64,000 nt of DNA from an uncultured Pseudomonas sp. (GCA_964543145.1 CAZIWV010000020.1:2802-66801); one strand, 5' to 3'. Positions 1 to 10,006 are shown, numbered from the stretch's first letter. Program-made: numbers and translations. The notes: a model not told the origin generated them from the letters alone.

Positions 1-85
1 GCTGTTCCGCATCGGCGACTGCGTAGCCCAGCGCAACACCCACGCGGCGATCTACGACGCGCTGCGGTTGTGTAAGGACTTCTGA
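1..85 (+). CDS. dgcA: 3' end of upstream gene, probably dimethylglycine demethylase subunit DgcA (partial, start outside window)
   Basis: Frame 2 is open from the window edge to TGA 83-85 (..LFRIGDCVAQRNTHAAIYDALRLCKDF*). Identity is inferred only from its position directly upstream of dgcB. 27 codons are too few for an independent call. Confidence 0.45.
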   Translation, partial: LFRIGDCVAQRNTHAAIYDALRLCKDF

Positions 86-96
86 GGTCGCTGGTC

Positions 97-137
97 TCCC
101 CTCTCCCGCTTGCGGGAGAGGGGCCGGGGGAGAGGGG
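97..137. repeat. REP-A family palindromic repeat (core CCCCTCTCCCGCTTGCGGGAGAGGGG)
   Basis: Near-perfect palindrome in the dgcA-dgcB spacer. The same core recurs at 7 or more other loci in the window. A variant unit lies at about 169-205. Confidence 0.85.
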
Positions 138-221
138 CGGTTTGGCGAAGATTTACGTCGCCTGCGCTGCTCTCCCTAACCCTTTCCCCGAACGGGCAAG
201 GGCACTGAATTGTGGAGACCA

Positions 222-2174
222 ATGATGTTGAACACCCTTCTGCCCATCCTGCTGTTCGCCGCCCTGCTGTTGGCCGTGATCGGCGCGGGCAAACGCTTTT
301 TGATGTGGCGCCGTGGCCGTCCGGCGCAGGTCGATTGGCTGGGCGGGCTGCTGGCCATGCCCAAGCGCTATATGGTCGACTTGCACCATGTGGTGGCCCG
401 CGACAAATACATCGCCAACACCCACGTCGCCACCGCCGGCGGTTTTGTGCTGGCCGCCGTGTTGGCGGTGCTGGTGCATGGTTTTGGCCTGCATAACCGT
501 ATTCTTGGTTTTGCCTTGCTCGGCGCTTGCGCGCTGATGTTTGCTGGCGCGCTGTTTGTTGCCAAGCGCCGTATCGACCCGCCGTCGCGGCTGTCGAAAG
601 GCCCGTGGATGCGCTTGCCGAAAAGCTTGCTGATGTTTTCTGCCAGCTTCTTTATTGCCACGCTGCCGGTTGCCGGGATTCTTCCTGAGGGATTTGGCGG
701 CTGGATTCTGGCCGCGATCTTGGCGGTGGGTGTGGCCTGGGGCGTGTCGGAGTTGTTCTTCGGCATGACCTGGGGCGGGCCGATGAAACACGCCTTTGCC
801 GGTGCCCTGCACCTGGCCTGGCACCGCCGCGCGGAGCGCTTTGGTGGTGGTCGTTCTACTGGCCTGAAAGCCCTGGACCTGAGCAATCCCAATGCGCCTC
901 TGGGCGTCGAGAAACCTACCGACTTTACCTGGAACCAACTGCTCGGCTTTGACGCCTGCGTGCAGTGCGGCAAGTGCGAAGCGGCATGCCCGGCCTTTGC
1001 TGCCGGCCAACCGCTGAACCCGAAAAAGCTGATTCAGGATATGGTCGTCGGCCTGGCCGGCGGCACCGATGCCAAGTTTGCTGGCAGCCCATACCCAGGC
1101 AAACCCATCGGCGAACACAGCGGCGGCCCACACCTGCCCATCGTCAATCTGCAGGGTAACGCCCTGGTCGATGCCGACACGCTGTGGTCATGCACCACCT
1201 GCCGCGCCTGCGTGGAAGAGTGCCCGATGATGATCGAGCACGTTGACGCCATCGTCGATATGCGCCGCCACCTGACCCTGGAAAAAGGCGCCACTCCGAA
1301 CAAAGGCGCCGAGGTGCTGGATAACCTGATCGCCACCGACAACCCTGGCGGCTTTAATCCCGGTGGGCGAATGAACTGGGCGGCGGATTTAAGCCTCGAT
1401 TTGCTGAGCGACAAAAAACAAACCGACGTGCTGTTCTGGGTGGGCGACGGTGCCTTTGATATGCGTAACCAACGCACCCTGCGCGCCTTTGTAAAAGTAC
1501 TGAAAGCGGCCAAGGTCGACTTCGCCGTGCTGGGTCTGGAAGAGCGCGACAGCGGCGACGTAGCCCGGCGCTTGGGCGATGAAGCAACTTTTCAAACCCT
1601 GGCCAAACGCAATATCGCCACGTTGGCCAAGTACAGCTTTAAGCGCATCGTCAGCTGCGACCCGCACAGTTTTCATGTGCTGAAAAACGAATACGGCGCC
1701 CTTGGCGGCAACTATGAAGTGCTGCACCACAGCACCTATATCGCCGAACTGATCGCCGCCAACAAACTGAGCCTGGGTCAACACAAAGGCGGCTCGGTGA
1801 CCTATCACGACCCGTGCTACCTCGGTCGCTACAACGGCGAATACGAAGCCCCACGTGATGTGCTGCGTGCGCTCGGTATTGAAGTGAAAGAAATGCAACG
1901 CTCCGGCTTCCGCTCGCGCTGCTGCGGCGGCGGTGGCGGTGCGCCGATTACCGATATTCCGGGCAAACAGCGGATTCCGGATATGCGCATGGTCGATATC
2001 AAAGAGACCGGCGCTGAGTTGGTGGCTGTGGGTTGCCCGCAATGCACAGCGATGCTGGAAGGGGTGGTCGAGCCACGGCCGCAGATTAAAGATATCGCTG
2101 AATTGGTAGCGGATGTGTTGCTCGAAGCGCCGGCTGTGGCGCCGGCCAAACGTGCTGTGGCGGAGGTGGAATGA
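222..2174 (+). CDS. dgcB: Dimethylglycine demethylase Fe-S subunit DgcB (membrane-anchored heterodisulfide-reductase-like Fe-S oxidoreductase)
   Basis: ORF 210..2174. ATG 222 has GGAG at 213-216. N-terminal TM helices, two ferredoxin-type motifs (CVQCGKCEAACP, CTTCRACVEECP) and a C-terminal Cys-rich CCG-type region (CCGGGGG). Followed by ETF genes as in Pseudomonas dgc loci. Confidence 0.85.
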   Translation: MMLNTLLPILLFAALLLAVIGAGKRFLMWRRGRPAQVDWLGGLLAMPKRYMVDLHHVVARDKYIANTHVATAGGFVLAAVLAVLVHGFGLHNRILGFALLGACALMFAGALFVAKRRIDPPSRLSKGPWMRLPKSLLMFSASFFIATLPVAGILPEGFGGWILAAILAVGVAWGVSELFFGMTWGGPMKHAFAGALHLAWHRRAERFGGGRSTGLKALDLSNPNAPLGVEKPTDFTWNQLLGFDACVQCGKCEAACPAFAAGQPLNPKKLIQDMVVGLAGGTDAKFAGSPYPGKPIGEHSGGPHLPIVNLQGNALVDADTLWSCTTCRACVEECPMMIEHVDAIVDMRRHLTLEKGATPNKGAEVLDNLIATDNPGGFNPGGRMNWAADLSLDLLSDKKQTDVLFWVGDGAFDMRNQRTLRAFVKVLKAAKVDFAVLGLEERDSGDVARRLGDEATFQTLAKRNIATLAKYSFKRIVSCDPHSFHVLKNEYGALGGNYEVLHHSTYIAELIAANKLSLGQHKGGSVTYHDPCYLGRYNGEYEAPRDVLRALGIEVKEMQRSGFRSRCCGGGGGAPITDIPGKQRIPDMRMVDIKETGAELVAVGCPQCTAMLEGVVEPRPQIKDIAELVADVLLEAPAVAPAKRAVAEVE

Positions 2175-2193
2175 TGGAATCGCGTTGGCAGCT

Positions 2194-2320
2194 ACCCCCT
2201 CTCGCTAACCCTCACCCCCTCGAGGGCGAGGCGACGAATTGTGCGAGTTTGTTAATTTCCGTCCTGCCGCAAATTAGCTCCCCTCTACCGCTTGCGGGAG
2301 AGGGGCTGGGGGTGAGGGCG
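2194..2320. repeat. Two REP-A family units in the dgcB-etfA spacer
   Basis: CCCCCTCTCGCTAACCCTCACCCCCTCGAGGGCGAGG and CTCCCCTCTACCGCTTGCGGGAGAGGGGCTGGGGGTGAGGG, which are the same palindromic core as at 97-137. Confidence 0.8.
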
Positions 2321-2351
2321 CTCTACCCCTGCACAGGTCGGAGTTACGCCC

Positions 2352-3575
2352 ATGTCTGACATCATCCGCCGCGACCCCCGCGCCGAGCACATCGCCCGCA
2401 ACCGTCTGCACCCGTTGCACGCGGCCATGCAGCGCAGCGAAACCAGCTGGATGGGCCCCAACGGCATCATCCGCAAGAACCCCCATGCCGTGGGCTTTAT
2501 CGGCCCCAACGGCATCAAACGTATCGACCGCAGCGGCGCCCAGCAGGGCGGTACAGCCAAACGCAGCACCCAAGCGGCGGCGGTTCAGTTGCCGTTGCAC
2601 GTGGTCGCGGCGCCTAGCTTCTACATCGTTGTGGTCCCAGATATGGTCGGCGGCCGCTTAAGTAGCCACGACCGTGACGTGCTGGGCCTGGCCAATAAAC
2701 TGGCCGGTGCCGCAGGCGCTGTGTTGGCGGTGGTTTTCGGTGAAGTAAAAGAAGCCGCCTTCGACACCGCTGGCGTCGACCGCCTGCTGCATTTCGACGG
2801 TGCGCTCTACAGCGGCTACGCCCCTGAGCAACAGGTGCAAGCGCTAGCCGCCATCGAACGGCAATTCGCCCCGCGCCATTGGCTGCTGCCCGATAGCCGC
2901 ACCGGTGGCGGTGAACTGGGCCGGCGTTTGGCCGCACAGTTGGGTGAGCGCCCGGCCACCCGCGTTTGGCAGGTCACCGAGGAACACTGCATTGGCCGTG
3001 CCGGTGCCGGTCAGCAAGACCTGCAGCGGCCATTGGCACGCTTGATTCTGGCCGCCAGCGAATGCGCTGAGCCGGTTAGTGATACCCGCCATGAAGTGCT
3101 GCCGGTCAGCCTGGATAACGACGTCGCCCGTTGCCTGCCAAGGATCGAAGACCTGGGCGCGGTGGCGGTAGACCCCGCCGCCACGCCAATGGCCGAGGCC
3201 GAATTTATTCTTTCCGGCGGAAACGGCGTTAAAGACTGGGACCTGTTCCATCGCACCGCCGCCGCCCTTGGCGCCACTGAAGGCGCCTCGCGGGTGGCGG
3301 TGGACGACGGCCATATGGCGCGCAATCGCCAAGTCGGGGCTACTGGTACCTGGGTAACGGCGCGGGTGTACTTGGCAGTCGGTATCTCCGGCGCCATCCA
3401 GCACCTGCAAGGTATTGGTGCCTGCGACAAGGTGGTGGCGGTCAACCTGGATGCCGGTTGCGACATGATCAAACGCGCCGACCTCGCCGTGATTGGCGAC
3501 TCGGCGGCGATTCTTGCTGCGCTGATCGAACGCATGGCGCAACACCGTGCCGGAGGCAATCGCGATGCAGCCTAA
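2352..3575 (+). CDS. Electron transfer flavoprotein alpha-subunit-like protein (dgc-associated ETF, long N-terminal extension)
   Basis: 407-aa ORF with GGAG 8 nt upstream. C-terminal ETF-alpha FAD-binding region (..YLAVGISGAIQHLQGI..). The ~90-aa N-terminal extension and the position after dgcB match the betaine-locus ETF of pseudomonads. Confidence 0.8.
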   Translation: MSDIIRRDPRAEHIARNRLHPLHAAMQRSETSWMGPNGIIRKNPHAVGFIGPNGIKRIDRSGAQQGGTAKRSTQAAAVQLPLHVVAAPSFYIVVVPDMVGGRLSSHDRDVLGLANKLAGAAGAVLAVVFGEVKEAAFDTAGVDRLLHFDGALYSGYAPEQQVQALAAIERQFAPRHWLLPDSRTGGGELGRRLAAQLGERPATRVWQVTEEHCIGRAGAGQQDLQRPLARLILAASECAEPVSDTRHEVLPVSLDNDVARCLPRIEDLGAVAVDPAATPMAEAEFILSGGNGVKDWDLFHRTAAALGATEGASRVAVDDGHMARNRQVGATGTWVTARVYLAVGISGAIQHLQGIGACDKVVAVNLDAGCDMIKRADLAVIGDSAAILAALIERMAQHRAGGNRDAA

Positions 3576-4344
3576 GCCCTTGAATATCGTCAGCCTGGTT
3601 TCCATCGGCGCGCACCCCAGCTCCGCTCGACCACGGCGGGCCGAGCAAGATGCCCGTGCGGTGGAATTGGGCCTGCGCCTGGCCGGCGAAAAACTGCAGG
3701 TGCTGCACGCCGGCAGCGTCGAAGAAGAAGCCCTGCGTGCCTATCTGGGTATGGGCCTGAGTGAGTTGAGCGTGCTGGAACAACCGCAAGGCGCCGACGC
3801 CCTGCCGGTGTTGCTCGACTACCTGCGCGGCAGTGAGGTGCAGATCGTGCTCACCGGCAGTCAGGCCGAAACCGGCGAAGGTTCGGGCATGTTGCCGTAC
3901 CTGTTGGCCGAGCAACTGGGCTGGCCGTTGGTGGTCGGTTTGGCCGAAGTGGAAAAGGTTGAAAACGGTGTGGCCCAGGTGCTGCAAGCCTTGCCGCGCG
4001 GGCAACGGCGGCGCCTGCAAGTACGCGTGCCGTTTCTCGCCAGTGTGGATAACGCCGCACCTACTGCGCGGCAAAGCGCGTTTGGCCCAGCGCGGCGCGG
4101 GCAATTGCGCGCCGAGGATGTGCAGGTTGTTGACGACAGCCTGCTGGCCAGCGCCCAACTGCAACCGGCGCGGCCGCGGCCGAAACGGCTAAAAGTGATC
4201 AAAGCGAAAACCGGCGCCGAGCGTATGAAAGCCGCTACTGCCAAAGCGGCGGGTGGCGGTGGGCAGGTGCTTAAAGACCTGAGTGCGCAGGAAGGTGCAG
4301 AGGCCATCTTCAAGCTGCTGCTGGAAGAAGGCGTGGTTCGTTAG
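3565..4344 (+). CDS. Electron transfer flavoprotein beta-subunit-like protein
   Basis: ATG 3565 is preceded by GGAGG (3552-3556) and overlaps the etfA-like stop by 11 nt. Size (259 aa) and position fit an ETF-beta partner. Sequence-level recognition is weaker. Confidence 0.65.
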   Translation: MQPKPLNIVSLVSIGAHPSSARPRRAEQDARAVELGLRLAGEKLQVLHAGSVEEEALRAYLGMGLSELSVLEQPQGADALPVLLDYLRGSEVQIVLTGSQAETGEGSGMLPYLLAEQLGWPLVVGLAEVEKVENGVAQVLQALPRGQRRRLQVRVPFLASVDNAAPTARQSAFGPARRGQLRAEDVQVVDDSLLASAQLQPARPRPKRLKVIKAKTGAERMKAATAKAAGGGGQVLKDLSAQEGAEAIFKLLLEEGVVR

Positions 4345-4372
4345 CCCCTCCCCAAAAAACTGCCGTGTTGCC

Positions 4373-4423
4373 AAGGCCGCTCGCCTGATTCGAAGAATCG
4401 GTGCAAGCGGCCTTTGTTGTTTT
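4373..4423 (+). terminator. Rho-independent terminator after the ETF genes
   Basis: AAGGCCGC..(inner stem GATTC-GAA-GAATC)..GCGGCCTT followed by TGTTGTTTT. Confidence 0.75.
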
Positions 4424-4657
4424 AGTGCCACTAAATGGGCCCGCTTCGCCACTGCGGATAACTACCTTCACCAACTCTTGCCAGCTGACAAAAATCAAAC
4501 GCTTGCTTCGGGTTTAGCGACTATCTTTCACAAACGGCATTTTGCCAGCAGCTTAAGCCTTGCCTAAGAAATACCCAGGATAGTGACAGCCGAAACCGGC
4601 TCATCATTGATTGCAGTACGAGCGCCATGCGCCTCGATAACAAGAAGGACAGCAGCT

Positions 4658-6280
4658 ATGTTGCGAAAACTGAATATCGCTCCACGTGCCGGGCTGGGTT
4701 TTGGCCTGCTGGCGCTTTTGGTCGTCTTGCTCGGCGGTTTCGCGGTGCTAAAGATGTCCGAATTGCGTGACGACTCGCTTGAAGTCACGGAAAACTGGCT
4801 GCCCAGTATTCTGGCCCTCGACTCAGTGGCGCAAAACACCTTGCGTCTGCGCGCCCTTACCCTGAGGTTGCTGGTTAATCGCAGCGACGAGGATATGCAA
4901 AGCAACGCCGACCGGGCGGAAAAGTTGAAAGACGAGTTAGCCCTGCACCAGCGCGAATATGAGGTGCTGATATCCAGCCCCGAAGAACGTGCCGCTTACG
5001 AGCGTTTTGTCGTTGCGTTAAAGGTTTATCTGGGCGAACAAGCGCAATTGACTAGCTTGGCCAAGCAAAAACAGTTTGATGAAGCCGTCGCTATCGCTAA
5101 CGGCCCGATGGTCGAGGTGACCGACACCATGGCTAAAGAGTTGGCGACCCTGACCAAGATCAACGCCGACGGTGCCCAAGCGGCAAAAGTGCACTCAGAC
5201 GAGGTGTACACCAGCGCCTTGACCAGCATGGTGGTGACCATGGTGCTGGCAGGGGTGATCACCATCGTGGTGGCCATGCTCCTCACCCGCAGCATCGTCG
5301 TGCCACTGCTGCGTGCTGTAGGTGTGGCGCAGGTAGTGGCCTCTGGCGACCTGACCGAGCACATCGAAGTGGATGGCACTGACGAGCCGGGTCGCTTGAT
5401 GGGCGCGCTGAAGGCTATGCAACAAAGCCTGCGCAGCACCATTCAAGGCATTGCCGATTCGTCTAACCAACTGGCCTCTGCTTCGGAAGAACTCAGTGCC
5501 GTTACCGAAGACTCCACGCGCGGCTTGCACCAACAGAACGGCGAAATTGAACAGGCGGCAACCGCTGTAAACGAAATGACCACTGCCGTGGAAGAAGTGG
5601 CGCGCAATGCCGTGATTACCTCCGAAGCCTCGCGCGAGACCGACCGCACGGCGCAACGTGGCCGTGAGCAGGTACAACAAACCGTCAACTCGATCACAAG
5701 CTTAGCGCATGACGTCACCGGTTCCGCGGATCAGGTTGAACAGTTGGCGGAAAAGGTCCGTGACATCAGCAAAGTGCTCGACGTCATCCGCTCGATTGCC
5801 GAACAAACCAACCTGCTGGCCTTGAACGCCGCCATTGAAGCGGCGCGAGCCGGCGAAGCTGGCCGTGGTTTTGCCGTGGTGGCCGATGAAGTGCGGGCCT
5901 TGGCGCATCGCACTCAGCAATCGACCCAGGAAATCGAACAGATGGTTGGCGGCATTCGTCAGGGTACTGACCAAGCCGTCAACGCCATGCAAAGCAGCAA
6001 CGAACGCGCACGCGCCACCCTGGATGTGGCCAAAGCCGCCGGTACGGCGCTGGACGAAATAGCCTTGTCGATTTCTGAGATCAACGAGCGCAACCTGGTG
6101 ATCGCCAGCGCCTCGGAAGAGCAGGCGCAGGTGGCGCGGGAAGTGGACCGCAACCTGACCAATATCCGCGACCTCTCGTTGCAGTCTTCGGCAGGGGCCA
6201 ACCAGACGGCGGCCGCCAGCCAAGAGTTATCGCGTTTGGCGGTGGACTTGAATGGGATGGTGGCGCGGTTCAAGGTTTGA
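4658..6280 (+). CDS. Methyl-accepting chemotaxis protein (4-helix-bundle type periplasmic sensor, HAMP, MA domain)
   Basis: ATG 4658 follows AAGGAC. TM1 ([19 protein letters not shown]), a ~165-aa periplasmic helical region, TM2, HAMP, and the conserved signalling hairpin [31 protein letters not shown]. Confidence 0.9.
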   Translation: MLRKLNIAPRAGLGFGLLALLVVLLGGFAVLKMSELRDDSLEVTENWLPSILALDSVAQNTLRLRALTLRLLVNRSDEDMQSNADRAEKLKDELALHQREYEVLISSPEERAAYERFVVALKVYLGEQAQLTSLAKQKQFDEAVAIANGPMVEVTDTMAKELATLTKINADGAQAAKVHSDEVYTSALTSMVVTMVLAGVITIVVAMLLTRSIVVPLLRAVGVAQVVASGDLTEHIEVDGTDEPGRLMGALKAMQQSLRSTIQGIADSSNQLASASEELSAVTEDSTRGLHQQNGEIEQAATAVNEMTTAVEEVARNAVITSEASRETDRTAQRGREQVQQTVNSITSLAHDVTGSADQVEQLAEKVRDISKVLDVIRSIAEQTNLLALNAAIEAARAGEAGRGFAVVADEVRALAHRTQQSTQEIEQMVGGIRQGTDQAVNAMQSSNERARATLDVAKAAGTALDEIALSISEINERNLVIASASEEQAQVAREVDRNLTNIRDLSLQSSAGANQTAAASQELSRLAVDLNGMVARFKV

Positions 6281-6301
6281 CGCCCAATCGGCGTAACGCC
6301 T

Positions 6302-6422
6302 GGCCCTCTCCCCTAGCCCCTCTCCCGCTAGCGGGAGAGGGGAACTAATCACTGCTCCTGCGGGAAAACGCGTTCAGGCCCCCTCGCGCGCTAGCGGGAG
6401 AGGGCGGGGGGAGAGGGCCGGG
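6302..6422. repeat. Two REP-A family units (convergent MCP/gbcA spacer)
   Basis: GCCCTCTCCCCTAGCCCCTCTCCCGCTAGCGGGAGAGGGG and CCCCCTCGCGCGCTAGCGGGAGAGGGCGGGGGGAGAGGGCCGG. Confidence 0.85.
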
Positions 6423-6444
6423 CCAAACATCAATCCATGCATCA

Positions 6445-6484
6445 TAAAAAAGCCCCCATAGCCATGAGCTACGGGGGCTTTTTA
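6445..6484. terminator. Bidirectional rho-independent terminator between MCP (+) and gbcA (-)
   Basis: A-run, then a 12-bp stem AGCCCCCATAGC / GCTACGGGGGCT with loop CATGA, then a T-run. Confidence 0.85.
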
Positions 6485-6495
6485 GTGCCGACGAT

Positions 6496-7785
6496 TTACT
6501 GGGTTTTAATCCCACGCAAGTAAGCCGCTGGCGCTGCGCCCAAGTTGCTCAGCAAGCGCTCGCTGTACCAGTCAATAAAGTTCACCACACCAAACTCATA
6601 AGTCTTCGAGTACGGCCCTGGTTGGTAGGCGGTGGAGTTGATGCCTTGCTGGTTTTCTTCGGCCAGGCGGCGGTCTTGGTCGTTGGTGGCGTCCCACACT
6701 TCGCGCATACGCGCTGGGTCGTAGTCCACGCCTTCAACCGCGTCTTTGTGCACGATCCATTTGGTGGTGACCATGGTTTCCTGAGCGCTGATTGGCCACA
6801 CGGTGAACACGATAATGTGGTCGCCCATGCAGTGGTTCCACGAGTGCGGCAGGTGCAGGATGCGCATCGAGCCCAAGTCCGGGTTTTTAATCCGGCCCAT
6901 CAGTTTTTGGCAGCCTTGTTTGCCGTCCAGGGTCATTGATACGGTGCCCTTAAGCAGTGGCATACGCACAATGCGGTTACGCAGGCCGAAGCTGGCGTGG
7001 GCGTAGGGGATCTTTTCTGCATCCCAAGCTGCGGCGGATGCCGCAACGTGGTCTTTAAACGCTTGGTCGGCGCGCGGATCGGTAACGTCGTCCCACTCCA
7101 GCAAGGTTTTCAGCAATTCTGGGTGTGAGCCGTTGCAGTGGTAGCACTCGCGGTTGTTTTCGATCACCAGTTTCCAGTTGGCTTTTTCCATCAAGGTGGT
7201 TTGCACGGCCACCTTGGTGTTCTCCATGTCATAGGGCTCCATGTAATGGGCCAAGGTGGAGAGGAATTCGTCGATGGCTGGCGGGTTTTCTGCCAGGGAA
7301 ACGAAGATATAGCCGCCAGCCACTTTTACATGCACAGGCTTGAGGCCGAATTTCTTCATATCGAAGTCTTCGCCCATCTCGGTGCCGGCGTAGAGCAGGC
7401 GGCCGTCGAGCTCGTAGGTCCACTGGTGGTATGGGCACACCAGCTTGGCCACTTTACCTTTAGCCCCGGTGCACAACCGTGAGCCACGGTGGCGGCAGAC
7501 GTTGTGGAAGGCGTTGACCACGCCGTCGGCGCCGCGAATCACCACAATCGGGTTTTTGCCCAGCTGAAAGGTGATGTAGTTGCCCTTGGCCGGGATCTCG
7601 CAGGTCATGCCGGCGATCAACCATTCTTTATGGAAGATCTCCTGCATATCGATTTCAAACAGGCGGTCGTCGTTGTAGAACGGCTGCGGCAGCGAGTAGG
7701 TGCGCTCGCGGTTTTGCAGCATGTCGGCAGTGGCCTTGCGTGCTGGTTCCAGCGGGTCGCCCAAACTCAGGGTAGAAGTATCCAT
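6496..7785 (-). CDS. gbcA: Glycine betaine monooxygenase, Rieske oxygenase subunit GbcA
   Basis: Start moved to the ATG at 7785 (GAGGA upstream). Rieske motif CRHRGSRLC..CPYHQW and a mononuclear-iron region (NNRECYHCNGSHPEL). Divergent from gbcB. Confidence 0.9.
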   Translation of the reverse strand: MDTSTLSLGDPLEPARKATADMLQNRERTYSLPQPFYNDDRLFEIDMQEIFHKEWLIAGMTCEIPAKGNYITFQLGKNPIVVIRGADGVVNAFHNVCRHRGSRLCTGAKGKVAKLVCPYHQWTYELDGRLLYAGTEMGEDFDMKKFGLKPVHVKVAGGYIFVSLAENPPAIDEFLSTLAHYMEPYDMENTKVAVQTTLMEKANWKLVIENNRECYHCNGSHPELLKTLLEWDDVTDPRADQAFKDHVAASAAAWDAEKIPYAHASFGLRNRIVRMPLLKGTVSMTLDGKQGCQKLMGRIKNPDLGSMRILHLPHSWNHCMGDHIIVFTVWPISAQETMVTTKWIVHKDAVEGVDYDPARMREVWDATNDQDRRLAEENQQGINSTAYQPGPYSKTYEFGVVNFIDWYSERLLSNLGAAPAAYLRGIKTQ

Positions 7786-8145
7786 GGTTAAATCCTCATG
7801 GCTGATCGCGGTCTGCGCCCAGCGAAAATGGCGGTTAATGTTCACGCAAGGCGCTTGTTATGCGCTCTCTAAGTTGGCCACAGGCAAGTTTCACCCAGGC
7901 TCGTATTGAAGTGGAGTGTGGGGTCGAGCCAATTCGGGGCCTTATCTATGGGCGACACGGCCGAATCCGTTTCCGACGCGCTAGCCCCGATGGCTGGGGC
8001 CTGGTCGCGGTGAGCATGTGAATGTCGCAGATAGGTAAGTGAGCCCCTAGGCGCATGCCCACAATCGGCGCCATAGTCACAACCACCGTTGTGTTGGCCG
8101 GCATTACCGGCGCGGCGCACTTCCATCTATGGCGCGGGAGCGATC

Positions 8146-9246
8146 ATGTCCAACACCTTCCTTAACCCGGTCAACACGCAGACCTGGGCCAATGGCCGCC
8201 ACCTGGTGCGTTGCGTCAACGTCATTCAGGAAACCCTGGATGTCCGTACCTTCTGCTTTATGGCCGACTTGCCGATCATGTTCTTCTTTAAACCGGGGCA
8301 GTTTGTCACCCTGGAATTGGAGATCGACGGCCAACCAATCATGCGTTCGTACACCATCTCCAGCTCGCCTTCGGTGCCCTACAGCTTCTCGCTGACCATT
8401 AAGCGCGTGCCCGGTGGCAAGGTGTCGAATTGGCTACACGACAACCTCAAAGTCGGTGATGTATTGCCGGTGCATGGTCCCGTGGGCTTGTTTAATGCCA
8501 TGGACTTTCCCAACGACAAAGTGCTGTACCTCAGCGGTGGCGTTGGTATTACCCCGGTGATGTCGATGGCGCGTTGGTACTTCGACACCAATGCCAATGT
8601 CGATATGGTCTTTGTCCACAGCGCCCGTACCCCGAAAGATGTGATCTACCGCCGCGAGCTTGACCACATGGCCGCGCGGGTCAGCAATTTCTCGCTGCAT
8701 ATCATTTGTGAAAAACATGGCGAGGGTGAGCCGTGGGCCGGTTACCGTGGTTACCTGAACCAGAAAATGCTCGAACTGATCGCCCCGGACTTTCAAGACC
8801 GGGAGATTTTCTGCTGCGGTCCCACGCCCTATATGAACGCGGTAAAACGTCTGCTCGAAGCCAATGGTTTCGACATGAAGCGCTACCACGAAGAATCCTT
8901 TGGCGCGACGCCGGCCGAGGATAAAGCCGAAGCCATCGTGCACGCCGAACAGGCCGCCGATGCCCCTGCGCCGGATGCCGCCGATCTTAACCAGGTTGAA
9001 TTTACCGCCACCGGCAAAAGTATCCGTGTGGCCCCGGGCGAAACCGTGCACGCCGCCGCCGCCAAGCTTGGCCTGCATATTCCCAAAGCCTGCGGCATGG
9101 GTATTTGCGGCACCTGCAAGGTGATGAAAACTGCCGGTGAAGTGGAGATGGAACACAACGGCGGCATTACCGACGAGGATGTGCAAGAGGGTTATATCCT
9201 CTCCTGCTGCAGCATCCCCAAAGGCGATGTGGTGATCGATTACTGA
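8146..9246 (+). CDS. gbcB: Glycine betaine monooxygenase reductase subunit GbcB (FNR-like flavodoxin reductase with C-terminal 2Fe-2S ferredoxin)
   Basis: ATG 8146 (GGGAG upstream). FAD motif RSYTISS, NAD motif LSGGVGITP, plant-type 2Fe-2S Cys cluster CGMGICGTCKV..C. Confidence 0.9.
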   Translation: MSNTFLNPVNTQTWANGRHLVRCVNVIQETLDVRTFCFMADLPIMFFFKPGQFVTLELEIDGQPIMRSYTISSSPSVPYSFSLTIKRVPGGKVSNWLHDNLKVGDVLPVHGPVGLFNAMDFPNDKVLYLSGGVGITPVMSMARWYFDTNANVDMVFVHSARTPKDVIYRRELDHMAARVSNFSLHIICEKHGEGEPWAGYRGYLNQKMLELIAPDFQDREIFCCGPTPYMNAVKRLLEANGFDMKRYHEESFGATPAEDKAEAIVHAEQAADAPAPDAADLNQVEFTATGKSIRVAPGETVHAAAAKLGLHIPKACGMGICGTCKVMKTAGEVEMEHNGGITDEDVQEGYILSCCSIPKGDVVIDY

Positions 9247-9277
9247 GGCCAAGCTGCGCCGCGTGTATAACGCCCCT

Positions 9278-9350
9278 GGGTCCCCGCATTCGCGGGGAAG
9301 ACGGTGGTTTTAATAGAGACTTACGTCATCCCCGCGTAGGCGGGGATCCA
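9278..9350. repeat. REP-C family inverted doublet
   Basis: GGGTCCCCGCATTCGCGGGGAAGACGG ... CGTCATCCCCGCGTAGGCGGGGATCCA. The same units occur at 19856-19882 and 55030-55102. Confidence 0.85.
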
Positions 9351-9382
9351 CGGTTCTGGCGACTCAGAATCCAGGCTAACGA

Positions 9383-10006
9383 TCAATCATCGTGTGCGGC
9401 CAACAACTGCGCCTCTTTCGCCGCCGCCTTTTTATACGCCGGGCGGGCGGTGACGCGATCGATATAGGCTTTGAACGCTGGCAATAACGGCACCACGCCG
9501 AAGTGCGTGGTCCAGTTCAACGCCGTGCCCCACAACACATCTGCCGCGCTAAACCGCTCGCCCAGCAAGTAAGGCCCTTTAGCCAACTGCGCGGCAACCA
9601 CAGCGATCACATCGTCATAGCTGCCATAGGGCGAGCTGCGTTTGGGCGCTGGTTCGCGTTGCAGCGAGCGGTCCATCACCGCCGGTTCAAAGCACGAGCC
9701 GTAGAACACCAGCCAGCGTAGGTAGGGGCCGCGCAGTGGATCGTTGAGGGCGGGGGCCAGCTTGGCGTTGGCGAACAGGTCCGCCAGGTAGATAAAGATC
9801 GCGCCCTGCTCAGTAATCAGCGCCTCGCCATGGGTGATGGCCGGCACCTTACCCATGGGGTTGATAGCCAGGTAGGCGGGTTCGCGCTGCTCGCCTTTGC
9901 TCATATTCATCACGTGCAGCTCATAGGGCGCGCCGAGTTCTTCCAGCAGCACCAGAGAGCCCAATGAACGGCTTTGTGGGCAGTAGTGAAGGGTGAGGAT
10001 TGACAT
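9383..10006 (-). CDS. Glutathione S-transferase family protein
   Basis: Start at M13 of the ORF (MSILTLHYCPQSRS..). Thioredoxin-like N-domain (GKVPAI, E..I.EQGAI) followed by a helical C-domain. Confidence 0.8.
   Translation of the reverse strand: MSILTLHYCPQSRSLGSLVLLEELGAPYELHVMNMSKGEQREPAYLAINPMGKVPAITHGEALITEQGAIFIYLADLFANAKLAPALNDPLRGPYLRWLVFYGSCFEPAVMDRSLQREPAPKRSSPYGSYDDVIAVVAAQLAKGPYLLGERFSAADVLWGTALNWTTHFGVVPLLPAFKAYIDRVTARPAYKKAAAKEAQLLAAHDD

Noticed and set aside
4432-4461. Sigma-28 (FliA) promoter for the chemoreceptor: TAAA ... GCGGATAA.
   Set aside because: The -10 matches 7 of 8 positions, but the spacing from TAAA is 18 nt instead of about 15, and the site lies ~200 nt upstream of the start codon. 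It is mentioned in the MCP finding only as a weak possibility.
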